Origin: Cyanophora paradoxa CCMP329
Taxonomy: Eukaryota; Plantae; Glaucophyta
Assembly (NCBI GenBank): GCA_004431415.1
Contig: QPMI01000139.1
Span: 13,143-77,142, forward strand
Direction: 5' to 3'
Length of the DNA stretch: 64,000 bases
Shown: piece by piece, positions 35,993 through 47,327 of the stretch
Numbering within the stretch: position 1 is the stretch's first letter
Layout: each line of letters opens with the position of its first letter
Program-made: the position numbers and the translations under genes
The notes under the pieces: generated by a model
The model's input: only the letters and a program-made list of their open reading frames with translations
Database searches by the model: none
Told to the model about the DNA's origin: nothing

Positions 35993-38900
35993 TCACTCTG
36001 TGATGACGCGGAGGAGGGTGTGGCGGGAGGGGGAGTTCTTTCGGGGATCGCCGGGCGGGGCCGGGGCCGCGTCGACGAGGAGGGGCGGCTCCTGCGACTG
36101 CGGCTCCTGCAGCGCCTCCGCGTCGTGCCCGCAGAGCGTGTGCCGCCGCCGCCGCGCGAGGAGGCCCGGCGACTCCGCCCCGCTCCCCGCCGGCGAGGGC
36201 GTCTGGTCGGCGGGGTGGGCGCGGCGGGGCGTGCGGGGAGCGCGCGGGGGCGGTCGAGGGAGTCGAGGAAGGCGCGGGCGTCGTCCCGCGAGGCCGGCGC
36301 GCAGAAGGGCCCCGGCCCCGCAGCACGCACGCCGGCGAGGCCCGGCCGACCCCGACCCGGCGGCGGCGGCCCCGCGCAGCGCCGGCGAGCCCGGAAGCGG
36401 GCCCGAAGAGGGGCGCCTCGTCGCGGGGCCGAGGGGCGCGGCGAGAGGGAGCGGTTGCGGGGGAGGGCCGGGGCGGGGCGAGGCGGCCGCGCTCCTGGGC
36501 GAGGCGGCCGACGACGTCGATGCGGTGCCGCAGCTGTCCAGTCGCGACTCCAGCAGCAGCTCCGCCGCCGTCGGGCTCGTCCCGCCCCGCGGCGCCGCCC
36601 CAGCGGCGCCGGCGCCGCCAGGTGCGTGTGCGCGGGCTGGGCACGTGCTCGGGGGCGGTGCGGGCGGAGCCCGGGGCGGAGGAGGGGAGATGGAGAGGGC
36701 GGGGTGGTGGCGGGGGAGGCGGCGGGGCTGGGGGCGGGGCGGTGCGGGGCGAGGGAGTGGGGCGCGAGGAGGCCGGCGAGGGCGAGGGCGGGGGCGAGCC
36801 GCGGCGCGCCGCCTCCTCGAGCTCCCGCTCCCGCTCCTCCTCGGGGGTCGGGCTCCCCTCCGAGGCCACCGAGATCACCGGCGCCGGCCCCGCCCCGCGC
36901 CCCGAGGGCGGCGAGAGGGCGCCCTGGGCCCCGGAAGAGGGCGAGGGGGTGCCGGGGGGCGGCTGGGCGGCGAGGAGGGCGGGGGGCACGGGGGAGGAGG
37001 CGCGGAGGGCGTCGGCGCCGGCGCGCTCCTTCATCTCGATGATCTCGACCCAGCGGCCGCGGTTCTCGAGGAGCTGGCGGTAGCAGCGGCGGACCTCCGG
37101 GAGGAAGTTTTCGAGGGCCGTGAACAGCGGCGCCGCCACGAAGTCGATGAAGTTGAGCGTCACCCGCGCCTCGCACGCCGTCCGCCGGTCCACTGCGCCC
37201 CCCGCTCAGGCGCGCGCGCGCCGGGGGGAGGGGGGGCGGGGGGCGGGGGGCGGGCGGGGACGGGGCGCACTGAAGGGGGTGACGGGGAGGCCGCGCCGCC
37301 GCTCCTCGTCGCCCTGCTCGAAGAACTCGTCCATGACGAGGAGGCTCCAGCGCTTCGAGAGGCTCCACGGCTTGATCGGGTTCGAGATGTCCGCCGCGTG
37401 CAGCAGCGTGTTGATCAGCGCCCGCCGGTGCTTCTTGTTCGCCCCGTCGAAGCTGGCTCTGCCCATCAGCGGCGTCCGCCGCGCCGCCGTGCGGGCGGGC
37501 GGGGCGCACCCGGCGTGGGTGATCTCCGTGAAGCTCGCCACCTCGTCGAGGTGCTGCGCCATGTCCGTCGCCCTGCGCGCGCGCCAGCGGCCCCCGACCC
37601 GCGTCGGCCCCCGCGGTGCGGGGCGGGCGGGGCGGGGCGGGGCGGGGCGGACAGGATGGCGCCGATGACGATGGAGCGGATCTCCTTGGCGGCCTCCTCC
37701 TCCACGTCCTCCAGGAAGTTGCACCGCTCGTCTGCGCCCCCCGCCCCCGCTCGCCCGCCGCCCCGCCCCGCCCCGCCCCGCCTGCGCGCACCGCGGAGGG
37801 TGACGAAGATCTCGGCGGCGTGCATGTTCTCCAGAACGCTCTGCGCCCTCGTCGGTCCCGGCGGCGGAGGCGGGGGCGCGGGGGGCGGCCTGGGGGGCCG
37901 GGGCGGGGCACCTGGTCGTTGTAGCGGATGGCGAGCTCGTGGCCCGTTGCGACGAGGAAGCCGTTGCTGAGGCCCGGGTGGCCCACCTGGCGGGGCGCCT
38001 CGGAGGGGGCGGGGGGGCGGGGCGGAGGGGCGGGGCGGGGGCGGACGTCGTGGCCGATGGCGGCGAGGTAGAGGGCGAGGAGCTCGCGCTCGGAGAGGAC
38101 CTCGGCGACGCGGCGGCAGCCGGCGAAGACCGCCACCGTCCGCAGCACGTCGAACGCGTGCCGGAAGCAGTGGTACGGGTTGTGGTGGTACTTGCGAGCG
38201 AGGACGCGGAGGAAGCGGCGGAGGCGGCGGCGGCGGAGCTTCAGGCGGCGGACGAGGTCCCGGGCCTCGAAGAGGAGCACGGCGAGCTCCACCAGCTCCT
38301 CCTCCGTCCGCCCGAACACGTCGAAGCTCCACTCGTTCAGCCCCTCCGCCTCCGCCTTCTCCTCCGCCGCCGCGCACCCCAGGCCCTCTTCCTCCGGCCC
38401 CTCCTCCTCGCTGCCGGCCGTCAGCGCGCCGCCTCCGGGCGGTGGCGGGGGCGGGGCGGGGGCGGGCGCGCTCGGAGGAGTGTATGATGTCGCGGTCGGC
38501 CTGGGCGCGGGGCGACGTGTTGAGCGGCGAGCGGTGCGGCGACGCCGGCCGGCTCCGCAGGATCGGCTCGCAGCCGCCGCTGCCCGTCTTTCCCAGCGCG
38601 GTCGCTAGCAGAGCCTCCCGCCTCCCGAATATCCTGCCCCGCCCCCCCGTCAGTGGTGCTCTCGAGGGGGCTCGCACGCCAGGGGCAGCGCACAGATCTG
38701 CAGAGTGCGCAGCCGCCACGTCAGGAGCGGGGCAGCGCGGAGCGGGGAGCTTCGACGGCGGCGGCGCACCGGCGATGGAGCTCCCGCGACGGCGCATGCG
38801 GGCGGGGACGGACGCGTTCGGGTCCAGCACAGAGATGAGAAAAGCCGCCGTGTCGGGGTCGTCCGCAGTGACGCTCTGGCGCGCGCACGCCCGGGGTCAG

Positions 38901-40054
38901 TGGGGTCACGCTTTAGAAAGCGCGCAGAAAAGCTGACGCGCTAGCGCGCGCGGGGGGGTGGGGGGGGTGGGGGGGGGGGGGTGGGGGGGGGTGGGGGGGG
39001 GAAGAGAAGAGAAAGGGGGGGACGTCGGGGGGCAGGGGGCGGCGGGGAGGGTCACCTTCATCAGAGCGTCGAGGAGTGCGGGGCCGAGACGGGTCTCGCT
39101 GGACGCCCGAGCCGCGGCAGCGCACAGCTCTTCAAGGAGCTTAATCCTCCCGTGCACGAACTGCAGCTCCCTGCGCTCCCTCCTCTCAAAAAAAGGAACG
39201 AAACGCGCAATAACCAAAAGAGACAGGATGGGCCGGGCGCTGCCGCACCGCATGAGGAGGGGCCCGTCGCTCTTCTGGAGGCATCCTTGCTTGCGCCTGA
39301 GCTCTCTCCTCCGCGCGGCAGTCTCTATCTTTTCCTCCAGCTCCTCGTCCGCGAAGGGGACGCCAAGGACGTCGTCGCTTCCCGCGTCCAGCAAAGACAG
39401 CGCGGCTTGCGCTCCGCTAGCGTTAATCGAGTAGCGCAGAGTTGGGGACGTAGAGGCCGCTGAGCCGGTGCACCGTCTGAACTCGTCCGGAGCACGGCGA
39501 GGATACAGATGAAGGCGGCGGAGTCCGCAGAACGGAGCGCTCGAATGTGCGACAGAGCATCGCTTATCGATATCTCGTCATCCTCGTTAGGGAGGAGCAC
39601 GTAGACGAAGATTGCCTGGAAGCTTTTCCCCTCCTTCAGCAGTTCGCGTAGGGAAAGGATATCCTTCGACCAGGAAACTGTGCACATAGGCGGTGAGCCG
39701 GGGCCTCACAGAAGGGAAGGGCAGGCTAGAGGAAGGCTGAAGGGCAGCAACGAGACACGGAGAAGGGTGCCATGCCGAGGCCAGACACCTCGGGGCCGGG
39801 GCTCGGGGTTCTAGCTAGATTTCTGCGGTGTAGCTAACGTTCAGAGCGGGGTCGTTGATCCGCTCACCGTTCTGGCTGCGAAAGCTCGGCAGGCGAAGCA
39901 GCGACTCCAGTAACCCATAAGAACAGGCAACCGCGACCGTCAAACGGTCAGAGGACGAAGCTTCGTTTACGTCTGCAGCTCGCGGAGCTGCTGCGGCCGC
40001 CGCGATATCGGGCTGGGCGAGGGGGTTCCCGGGCCCGGGGGCCGATGGGCTCAT
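35993..40054 (-). CDS. Class I cyclic-nucleotide phosphodiesterase with N-terminal pseudo-receiver domain
   Basis: NPYHCFRHAFDV, GHDVGHPGLSN, YNDQSVLENMH, TDMAQH, HAADISNP, EFFEQGDEE. The 5' exons include LDAGSDDVLGVPFADEEL. The link between the 5' exons and the PDE exons is inferred. Confidence 0.85.
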
Positions 40055-41256
40055 CGCCTCGCCAGGGCCGGGGACCTCGGGCCGTTTTTCAAGCAGCTAG
40101 GTGCTTGCTGGGCGGCGGCAGTAGTGCAGTAGGTCGGTGTGGAGCTTCGTCCGCTCGGAGCTTTCGCCGCAGCGTATGGGTACCACTTGATCGGGCTTGC
40201 TGCGGATTACGTATACGCAAGACCTAGCAGCGGCGGCGCTACCTGCGAGGCGAGAAGCTGCGTACGACGCAGCAGTAGGGCCCTCTGGAGGAAGGCGCGC
40301 GATCCCCTTCGGTCCGCGTCCTGCACAGCTATCGCATTAGCGCCGGCACTCCCGCACACTAGCGCCGGCTCTCTACAGCTGGTCCAGACGGATGTCGTCG
40401 ACGCCGAGGTACGCTTCGCGCCTCTCATCGCCGCGTGCGTGACGTGGCGCATGTCAGGTGGCGGGCGCGCTCTATCGTCGGGAATACGAATAGGAAGCAG
40501 AGCACCAAGCCCGCCCAGCCTTTGCCTTGGGCGGAGCGCCTGCTGGATTCTGCCGACGAGGACTCGTTGGCGCTCAGCCGCAGGAGCTCCCATCTCATCA
40601 GCGCGGACGAGGCCACCAACGAGGAGTCCATCGTTCTGGATACGCAGCGCACTGCGCGACCACCGTCGACGCTTGTTCGTGGACACTCGGTACGCGCGCA
40701 CGGTGCGTTGCGCGCCGCTGCAACTGCGTGTTGATCGCCGCACGCGCGTCTAGGCAAGACCTCGGATCGCGCTACCAGTATCTGGCGGCATCACACCTTC
40801 GTCTTGGGTGCCGATGCCTCCTTCGATTTCGCCCCGAGATGAGAGGAGAGAGCAAGCAGACTGGGCGCTCTGGCAAAGCCGAAGTAGGAGGGACTCACCT
40901 TCGGGCCCCGGGTTCCCCTGCGTGCACATGCCTACAGCACCGCGATCGAGGCCCGCGACAGCGCCGCCCGTGCGTCTCCGATTGTATTTCCTCACTTTCT
41001 GAGGCCGCCGGGCGATGGAAGGCTAATTTATCGAGGGATCGGCGCAGGTTTCGCGCGCGTCGATTCCCGTCATCGAGATAAGACTGCTTGCGGACCCAGA
41101 GTGGCCTAGGGCGCAACCGCACACGCGCTTTCCCCCCGCGGCCCGCACAGCACGCGATCTGCCAACCCACGAGAGATTGTTTGGCGCTTTAGCACCAATG
41201 ACGAGAGAGATCTAGCTACCTAATGTCACTGAGCTAGCAGCTAGCAGGCAGGCTCT

Positions 41257-43140
41257 CTAGTCGGTGAACGTAATGGGGCGGGGGCCGCTGGAGGAGGGGG
41301 GGCTTGCGGGCCTAGAGGAGGGCGTCTGCGCGGCGAAGTCGCTGAAGAGGGTGGCGCCGAGGGCGCGGACCACGGAGGGCGGGGCGGAGATGAGGGCGGG
41401 CCGCTCCGCCTCCTCGTGGCAGGTGGCCTCGCCGAAGGCGGGGGGCGGCTGCGAGAAGGCGACGACGGCGTGCGGCTCGTGCGTCGGCGTCTGCGTGCCC
41501 CGCGAGACCCGCTCCACGCTCCGCACGGGCGTCGAGGGCCCGTCCGGCGTGTACGGCACCGGAGCGCTCGTCGGGAGGGACGCCGCCACGTGCTGCGACG
41601 GGTCCGACGCCGCCGTCGGCGAGAGCGGCGGCGGTGGCGGCGAGACCGCCACGTCGCCGCCTGCCGCGGCCGCCGGCGGCGTGCTGGGCCTGGACCCCGA
41701 GCCGCCGTGGCCGTGTGCGTGGCCGTGCGCGTGGCCGTGCCCTGCGCGCCGCTCGGGACGGCAGGCGGGGGGCGCGCCGGCGGGGCGCACCGTGGTGCCC
41801 GTGGCCGTGCCCGTGCCCGTGGTGCCCGTGCCCTGCGAGCCGCTCCGGTCGCCGCGAGGTGCACTGCGCTGCGACGGGACGCACCGTGGTGGTGGCCGTG
41901 CGTGGCGGGGTGCTGCGGGGGGGAGTGCGAGCGCGGCGGGGGCGGGTGCAGGAGCTTGTGGGCCTCCTTCAGCACGTAGTCCCACTGGAAGGCCGGGCCC
42001 GGGTCGTTCTTCTCCGCCTGGATGTGGTAGTGGCCCAGCACGCCCTTGAACGCCGCGAGCTCGGCGTCGGGAAGCTTCCGCGGGAGCGGCTTCCCGCTCG
42101 CGGCGTCGCGCGGGCACTCTAGCCGGATCTGAGGCAGGATCGCCGAGAGCGCCGCCGTGAGCCGGATGAGCGCGTTGTACTGCGCGCAGGGCCCGGCGGT
42201 GAGATGCGGCGCAATCGCCGGGAAAATGCAGCGACGGCGAGGACCTGCTGCTGCGTGTAATCGTACTGCCGGTACTTGCGCCCCTGCAGTTCGTCCACGA
42301 TCATGTGCGGTCGCACGGGATGCCCGATGAAGTTCTTCGTCTTGATGCCCCCGCCCCGCGCCTCGGGCGGCACCACGATCCGCGTCCGGCTTCCCTCGCG
42401 CTTGTACCAGCGATCGAACTTGTCCTTCTCGTCCTCTAAGTACGCTGACGAAAACGAAGAGGGCAGATTAGTGGGTAGTCTGTAAAGCGACAGCAGGTGA
42501 GGGCTGTGGGCGCACCTCCGACGTTGGCAATCTCGATTCCGACGGATCGATCGTTGGAGATGGTAGCATGCCAGCCGCGCTCCTTCAGATCTAACGTCTG
42601 ATAGATGGTGCCATCAAGATCCAATAGGAAGTGGCAGCTCAACCCTCGCCGGTCCTGCAGGACCTGCAGGCGAATTGGATCGGCCGCGAGCAGGCAGCGA
42701 GCGGCGGAGACCGCGGGGAACCTCGAAGCAGCGCTGGCTGAGGCCACAAGCGTCGCAGTGAATGACGAACTGATCCACGACGCGCCGCAGCTGCTCCAAG
42801 GTCCAGCCCCCGCCGCGAACCTGTTCGACCTCGGCGGCCGAAAGCTTGGGGCTGCGGCGCATGCCGTAACGGTTCGGAGTTTTAAGCTCCCGCGATATAC
42901 TGTCCCACTCCGAGCTCTCCAGCGGCCCGAAGCTGAGATGAGGGCGCTCAGGGCGCTTTCGAGCGCGCGAGATGCGGTCCACTGGGGGTCGCACCGGCGC
43001 TCCACGCGATATGCATCGTAGCCGCCCGGATCCATGAAGGTGTAGACGCGCACGCCCCCGCCCAAGCGGAAGAGCTGGCCGCACACAACGATCTCATCGC
43101 CGTGCCTCGGCACCGGCTGCCCAGGACGATCGTCCGCCAT
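41257..43140 (-). CDS. N-acetylmuramoyl-L-alanine amidase (Amidase_2/AmpD-like) with His/Pro-rich tail
   Basis: FVIHCD, LSCHFLLDLDGTIYQ, GWHA, NDRSVGIEIAN, QQQYNAL, VLGHYHI, KNDPGPAFQW; spliceosomal introns. Confidence 0.9.
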
Positions 43141-43701
43141 CTAGTCCCGCACTCGCACGCGGACTCGGCACACACCCCGGCGACTCCGACTTAGTAATCT
43201 CAGGGTCTGTACCCAGGCATGCGCAATTTGATCCAGAATAAAGACCCTTCCGAAGTTCGCCTGAGCCCCGAGAGGCTGATTCCAGTCCACCGATTCCACG
43301 CGGCCGCGCCGAGACACTGTGACAGGAGCCAGTGCTCGCCTAACTGCTGCGCTATGGCAACCATGCAGGCCACACGTTTTCATGATCACCTCTTCTGCAT
43401 ATGCATACGCATGCGCGACAGGAACGGTGGCGCAGTGGATCCGAATCAGCGCGCCCGCCCTTCTCTCCCTGCCCGATCGTTATCCTCGCCGGCCCAGGAC
43501 TGCCGACCCTGACGCCCTCGGCTCCCACGCAGCTGGGCACGCTCAAAGGACACGGGGAATTGTGCTGAACATCAAGCGCGAGGGCTCTCAGCAGCCACGT
43601 CAACGGCTGAGCAGTGCAAACGGCACCCTGCTCATGGGTATCAGTTCCGCAAACACGCCTAAACGCGATCGGCGCACGTTTTCTTCAGAGAAGAATTGAG
43701 C

Positions 43702-44608
43702 TTAGAAGCCCTGGAAGGCCTTCTTCGCCTGGCCGCCAGTCGAGCCCGCCTTCGGGATGACCTTCAGGACATTGAAGCGGACGGTCTTCGACAGGGGCCG
43801 GCACTGGCCGACGATCACGGTGTCACCGGGGCTGCGAAAGACATAAAGGTTACTTCCTTTCGACGGTCATCCAGTAGGGCAAGGGCGGGTCGCGGGCTAG
43901 ACGGAGCAGGTAGGAGTGCGCGGCAGGCGAAACGCAGAGCATGCGGGCGCACTTGACGATGAACGCCGGAGAGCAGTGCGCGGGGAAGTTCTTGTGGCGC
44001 TTCTCATAACGGTTGTACTTCGGGATGAAGTGCATGTAGTCGCGGCGCACGACCAGGGTGCGCTTCATCTTGGTCGACTGCACGACGCCCTGGAGGATAC
44101 GGCCGCGGATGCTGACATTGCCAGTGAACGGGCACTTCTTGTCGATGTAAGAGCCTGCGCACACAAGCCCGCAGGTCAGCGGAAGCTTCTTAGGTCGGCG
44201 ATCGATGGCTCTGTTGCGCTGGTAAGACGGCATCGCTGCTCGGGCGAGCGGAGGGGCGAGCCGCATAGAAGAGCTTCGACCGCAAACTAGACTGGAGCTG
44301 CACCCGATGGCGCCTTCTGTTCGCCGGCGGCTACCTCGCCCGCTGCTGGCTCGAGCGCGAGCGGCCGCCGGCTCCCGCAGACGCGTCCGCTCCGCGATCG
44401 CGCCGTCCGGTCTAGCTTCTAAGCTACTGCGAAGCGCACCCTCGATCGCCTCGCGCGGAGTCTTGAAGCCGAGGCCGATGTTGCGGTAGTAGCGCGGGAC
44501 CTTGCCGCTCGGGCCGCCCTTCTTGGCCAGAAGGCGCTTGGAGCCAATGAAGATGGCGTCCTGCTTCTGGAAGGCCCTCTCGACCTGCTGGACTTCGGCC
44601 GTCGACAT
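43702..44608 (-). CDS. RPS11: 40S ribosomal protein S11 (uS17)
   Basis: [65 protein letters not shown]; two introns. Confidence 0.97.
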
Positions 44609-44792
44609 TTTCCCCTGCGCAGCCGCAAGCGGCGCCAAAAGGTGCACAATGAGCACAAAATCTCGAGTCCCAAAGCGGGAAGCGCCTCTGGTGGCTATAT
44701 CGGCTGGCGTTCTTTGGCGGACGGACCTGTGTTACTGCCGGGTCCCGACCGCGTACGGGTACCGCTGTTCAAAAAAACTCGAACTTCGCATC

Positions 44793-45652
44793 GAACTACA
44801 TCAAGCTCGGGCGCGCGCTTCCCCAGCGCAGGGAGGAGGCACTAGCTGCGCGCCTTCCCCGGCCTCCTTGCTCGCTCGCCCCCGCCCCGCAGCAACTCGT
44901 TCGACGAGCGTGTTGTTTTCCATGAGCTTTGCATGAGGGCGGCAAGAGGTGCGCTAATTAGCTTTAGTTAGCGATGCTGTGTGCTAAACTGGCTGTCTCA
45001 ACGTTCCCGCAGCTGGCGCCGGCCTTGCCTGACCGCTCGACCGATGATCAACAGCTCGCCGGTACTCGCCTACCTTCCAAGCGTGAGCTCTAGCTCTCGT
45101 GAGCATGAACTTAGCATTGAACTACATCAAGCTCGGGCGCGCGCTTCCCCACCACAGGGAGGAGGCACTAGCTGCGCGCCTTCGAATTCCCCCGGGGCAT
45201 CGCGTCTTGCCTGCTCCCGGCCTCCCTGCTCGCTCGCCCCCGCCCGGCAGCAACTCGTCCGACGAGCGTGTTGTTCTCCATGAGCTTTGCATGAAAGCGG
45301 CAAGAGGTGCGCTAATTAGCTTTAGTTAGCGATGCTGTGTGCTAAACTGGCTGTCTCAACGTTCCCGCAGCTGGCGCCGGCCTTGCCTGACCGCTCGACC
45401 GATGACTAACAGCTCGCCGGTACTCGCCTACCTTCCAAGCGTGAGCTCTAGCTCTCGTGAGCATGAACTTAGCATTGAATTACATCAAGCTCGGGCGCGC
45501 ACTTCCCCACCACAGGGAGGAGGCACTAGCTGCGCGCCTTCGAATTCCCCCGGGGCATCGCGTCTTGCCTGCTCCCGGCCTCCCTGCTCGCTCGCCCCCG
45601 CCCGGCAGCAACTCGTCCGACGAGCTTATAGCTTATTGTTCTCCATGAGCTT
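44793..45652. repeat. Tandem repeat, 358-bp unit, about 2.5 copies
   Basis: ACTACATCAAGCTCGGGCGCGC starts at ~44796, ~45121 and (as ATTAC...) ~45479; near-identical ORFs at 44981 and 45339. Confidence 0.92.
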
Positions 45653-46173
45653 TAGGAGTGGGCGCACCATTGGGCGCTCGCGCACGGCGCGGGCAATGTC
45701 CTGCAGATCTCTCGGAGCTAGCGCTGGAGGCGAACAAGCGGGAACATGAGCTCGAGGAGCGGGAGGCGAAGACACGCAAGCTGGCCCAGTGGCGCCGTAC
45801 GTGAGCGGGAGGTGAAGACACGCAAGCTGGCGCCGTACGCGTCGCCTGCCTTCCTAGCGTTAGCTCTAGGGCCTAGCGCTAGCTCCAGGGCCGATATCAT
45901 TATATAATTAATTTAAGTTTACTGTACATATGCATGTGCATGTAACTGTTTTACGCAGCCCATGTGTACGCAGCTCTCCGATGGTCACCGCGCGCGGCCG
46001 TCGTCTTGCAGTTGTCTTGTCGACTTCGATATCATGAAGCTTATATAGGAGGGCCATCAATGGGCCAAACGCGAAAAGGCAACTCCGAGAGCTCGAGACT
46101 CGGAAGTGACGCTTGGATTGCGGAGGTTCTTATAACCGCCGCAACAGCTGTGGGGGTACCCCCTCCGAGGCTG

Positions 46174-46283
46174 GCGATCGCGGCGATCGCGACCCGATCG
46201 CGACCCTGGTGATCGCGACTTTCTCCCGATCGCGACCCTTTTCGATCGCGATTTCGAGATCGGGGGCATTTCTGCGATCGCGA
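46174..46283. repeat. Cluster of seven GATCGCG motifs
   Basis: GATCGCG at 46176, 46185, 46196, 46211, 46228, 46244 and 46276. Confidence 0.85.
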
Positions 46284-46410
46284 GAAAGGAAAAATCGGAA
46301 AAGGCCGAAAAGTGCGTTTTTCACGCGTGAAATCGACCGAAAACGAGGGTTCGAATCCCGGGCCCGGATTTGGACTTGGGCAAAATCTCGGACTGAAATG
46401 GGAGAAAAAT

Positions 46411-46469
46411 GGGACCTGGGACTTGGGACTTGGGACTTGGGACTTGGGACTTGGGACTTGGGAAGAGTT
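46411..46469 (+). repeat. (GGGACTT)n array 1 followed by GGGAAGAGTT
   Basis: One variant plus six perfect heptamers. Confidence 0.95.
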
Positions 46470-46518
46470 GGAATCAGAGTCTGGACTCAAAACGGGGAAA
46501 TTTTCGGAGGGGAGAAAA

Positions 46519-46989
46519 ATGTCAGGCAATCTCTATTACGATTTCCCCTTTGAGTTGCATATGGCATTCGAGAGGCTGCGCGAGTTCTGGCGTTGGCACC
46601 TCACAGGACATGACATTCCCGACATAACACCAGAGCCCAACACACAGGGCGTGCTTGAAGTCATCCGTCAATATCCGCGTCGATTCAATGAATGGATCGA
46701 GTTCCACGCAACGAACCGTTTCCAGAGTCTCCCCGAGGCCATACGCGAAAATTTCGTGAGGCTGGTGGGACCAGGCTACGACAACCCTAACAATCATAGA
46801 CCACGCCCAGCTGGCGTGACGCGCGAAGCTCGAGAAGACCGTAGACTTTTCCGCAGGGAATTGAGAGAGGATAGACGGAGGCTTTCAATGGGGCTCCCGC
46901 AGATTGTGAGGGGGTACAGCCCGGATTACGAGACTTACCAAGAATTGTACGGCTTCGAAAATCCCTTTGAGAGGGTACTACCAGGGTGA
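46519..46989 (+). CDS. Viral hypothetical protein
   Basis: Intact ORF MSGNLYYDFPF..., preceded by AAATTTTCG-N12-ATG. Confidence 0.7.
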   Translation: MSGNLYYDFPFELHMAFERLREFWRWHLTGHDIPDITPEPNTQGVLEVIRQYPRRFNEWIEFHATNRFQSLPEAIRENFVRLVGPGYDNPNNHRPRPAGVTREAREDRRLFRRELREDRRRLSMGLPQIVRGYSPDYETYQELYGFENPFERVLPG

Positions 46990-47327
46990 GGGGCCAGGGG
47001 GGGCCCCTGAGGGTGTACCCCCCATCCGAGACTCGACCTTCGGCGGACGCACTCGGGCAATTTCCGTCAGGCCGGCTCCTTTTTCTGTCTTCGGTCCAAC
47101 GCTAAATTTGGCTTTTTCAGGCCAGTTGGCAACGTTTTCCGTTGCGAACTAGCCCAGGAAAAAATTCGCCCACAAAACCGCGGTCCGCCGCCATTTTGCC
47201 TCACTCTTGAAACGGGTTCGCCGCCTTCTCTCAGCCCAAGGAAACCCTGCCTCTCCGAATTTTCACAAGTCCGCCCTCACAGTCACCTCACGTTTTGCCT
47301 TTGCTGATTTCTTTTCCCTTTGCGCAG

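Noticed and set aside
2040-38830. The many long Arg/Pro/Gly/Ala-rich ORFs in the track (e.g. 20915-23632, 15802-17700, 36000-37970)
   Set aside because: These are shadow frames caused by very high GC and stop-free introns; they overlap recognisable genes in other frames or on the other strand.
40100-41200. Gene between the PDE and the amidase
   Set aside because: Short ORFs on both strands with no recognisable motif or convincing splice structure.
1-43200. Bacterial contig or contamination (rpiA, queA, M16, amidase)
   Set aside because: These genes have spliceosomal introns and are interleaved with IFT74, TTLL, kinesin and RPS11.
46174-46283. Cyanobacterial HIP1 (GCGATCGC) signature
   Set aside because: Only about three boxes are full GCGATCGC and they are confined to one 110-nt cluster, not dispersed as HIP1 is.
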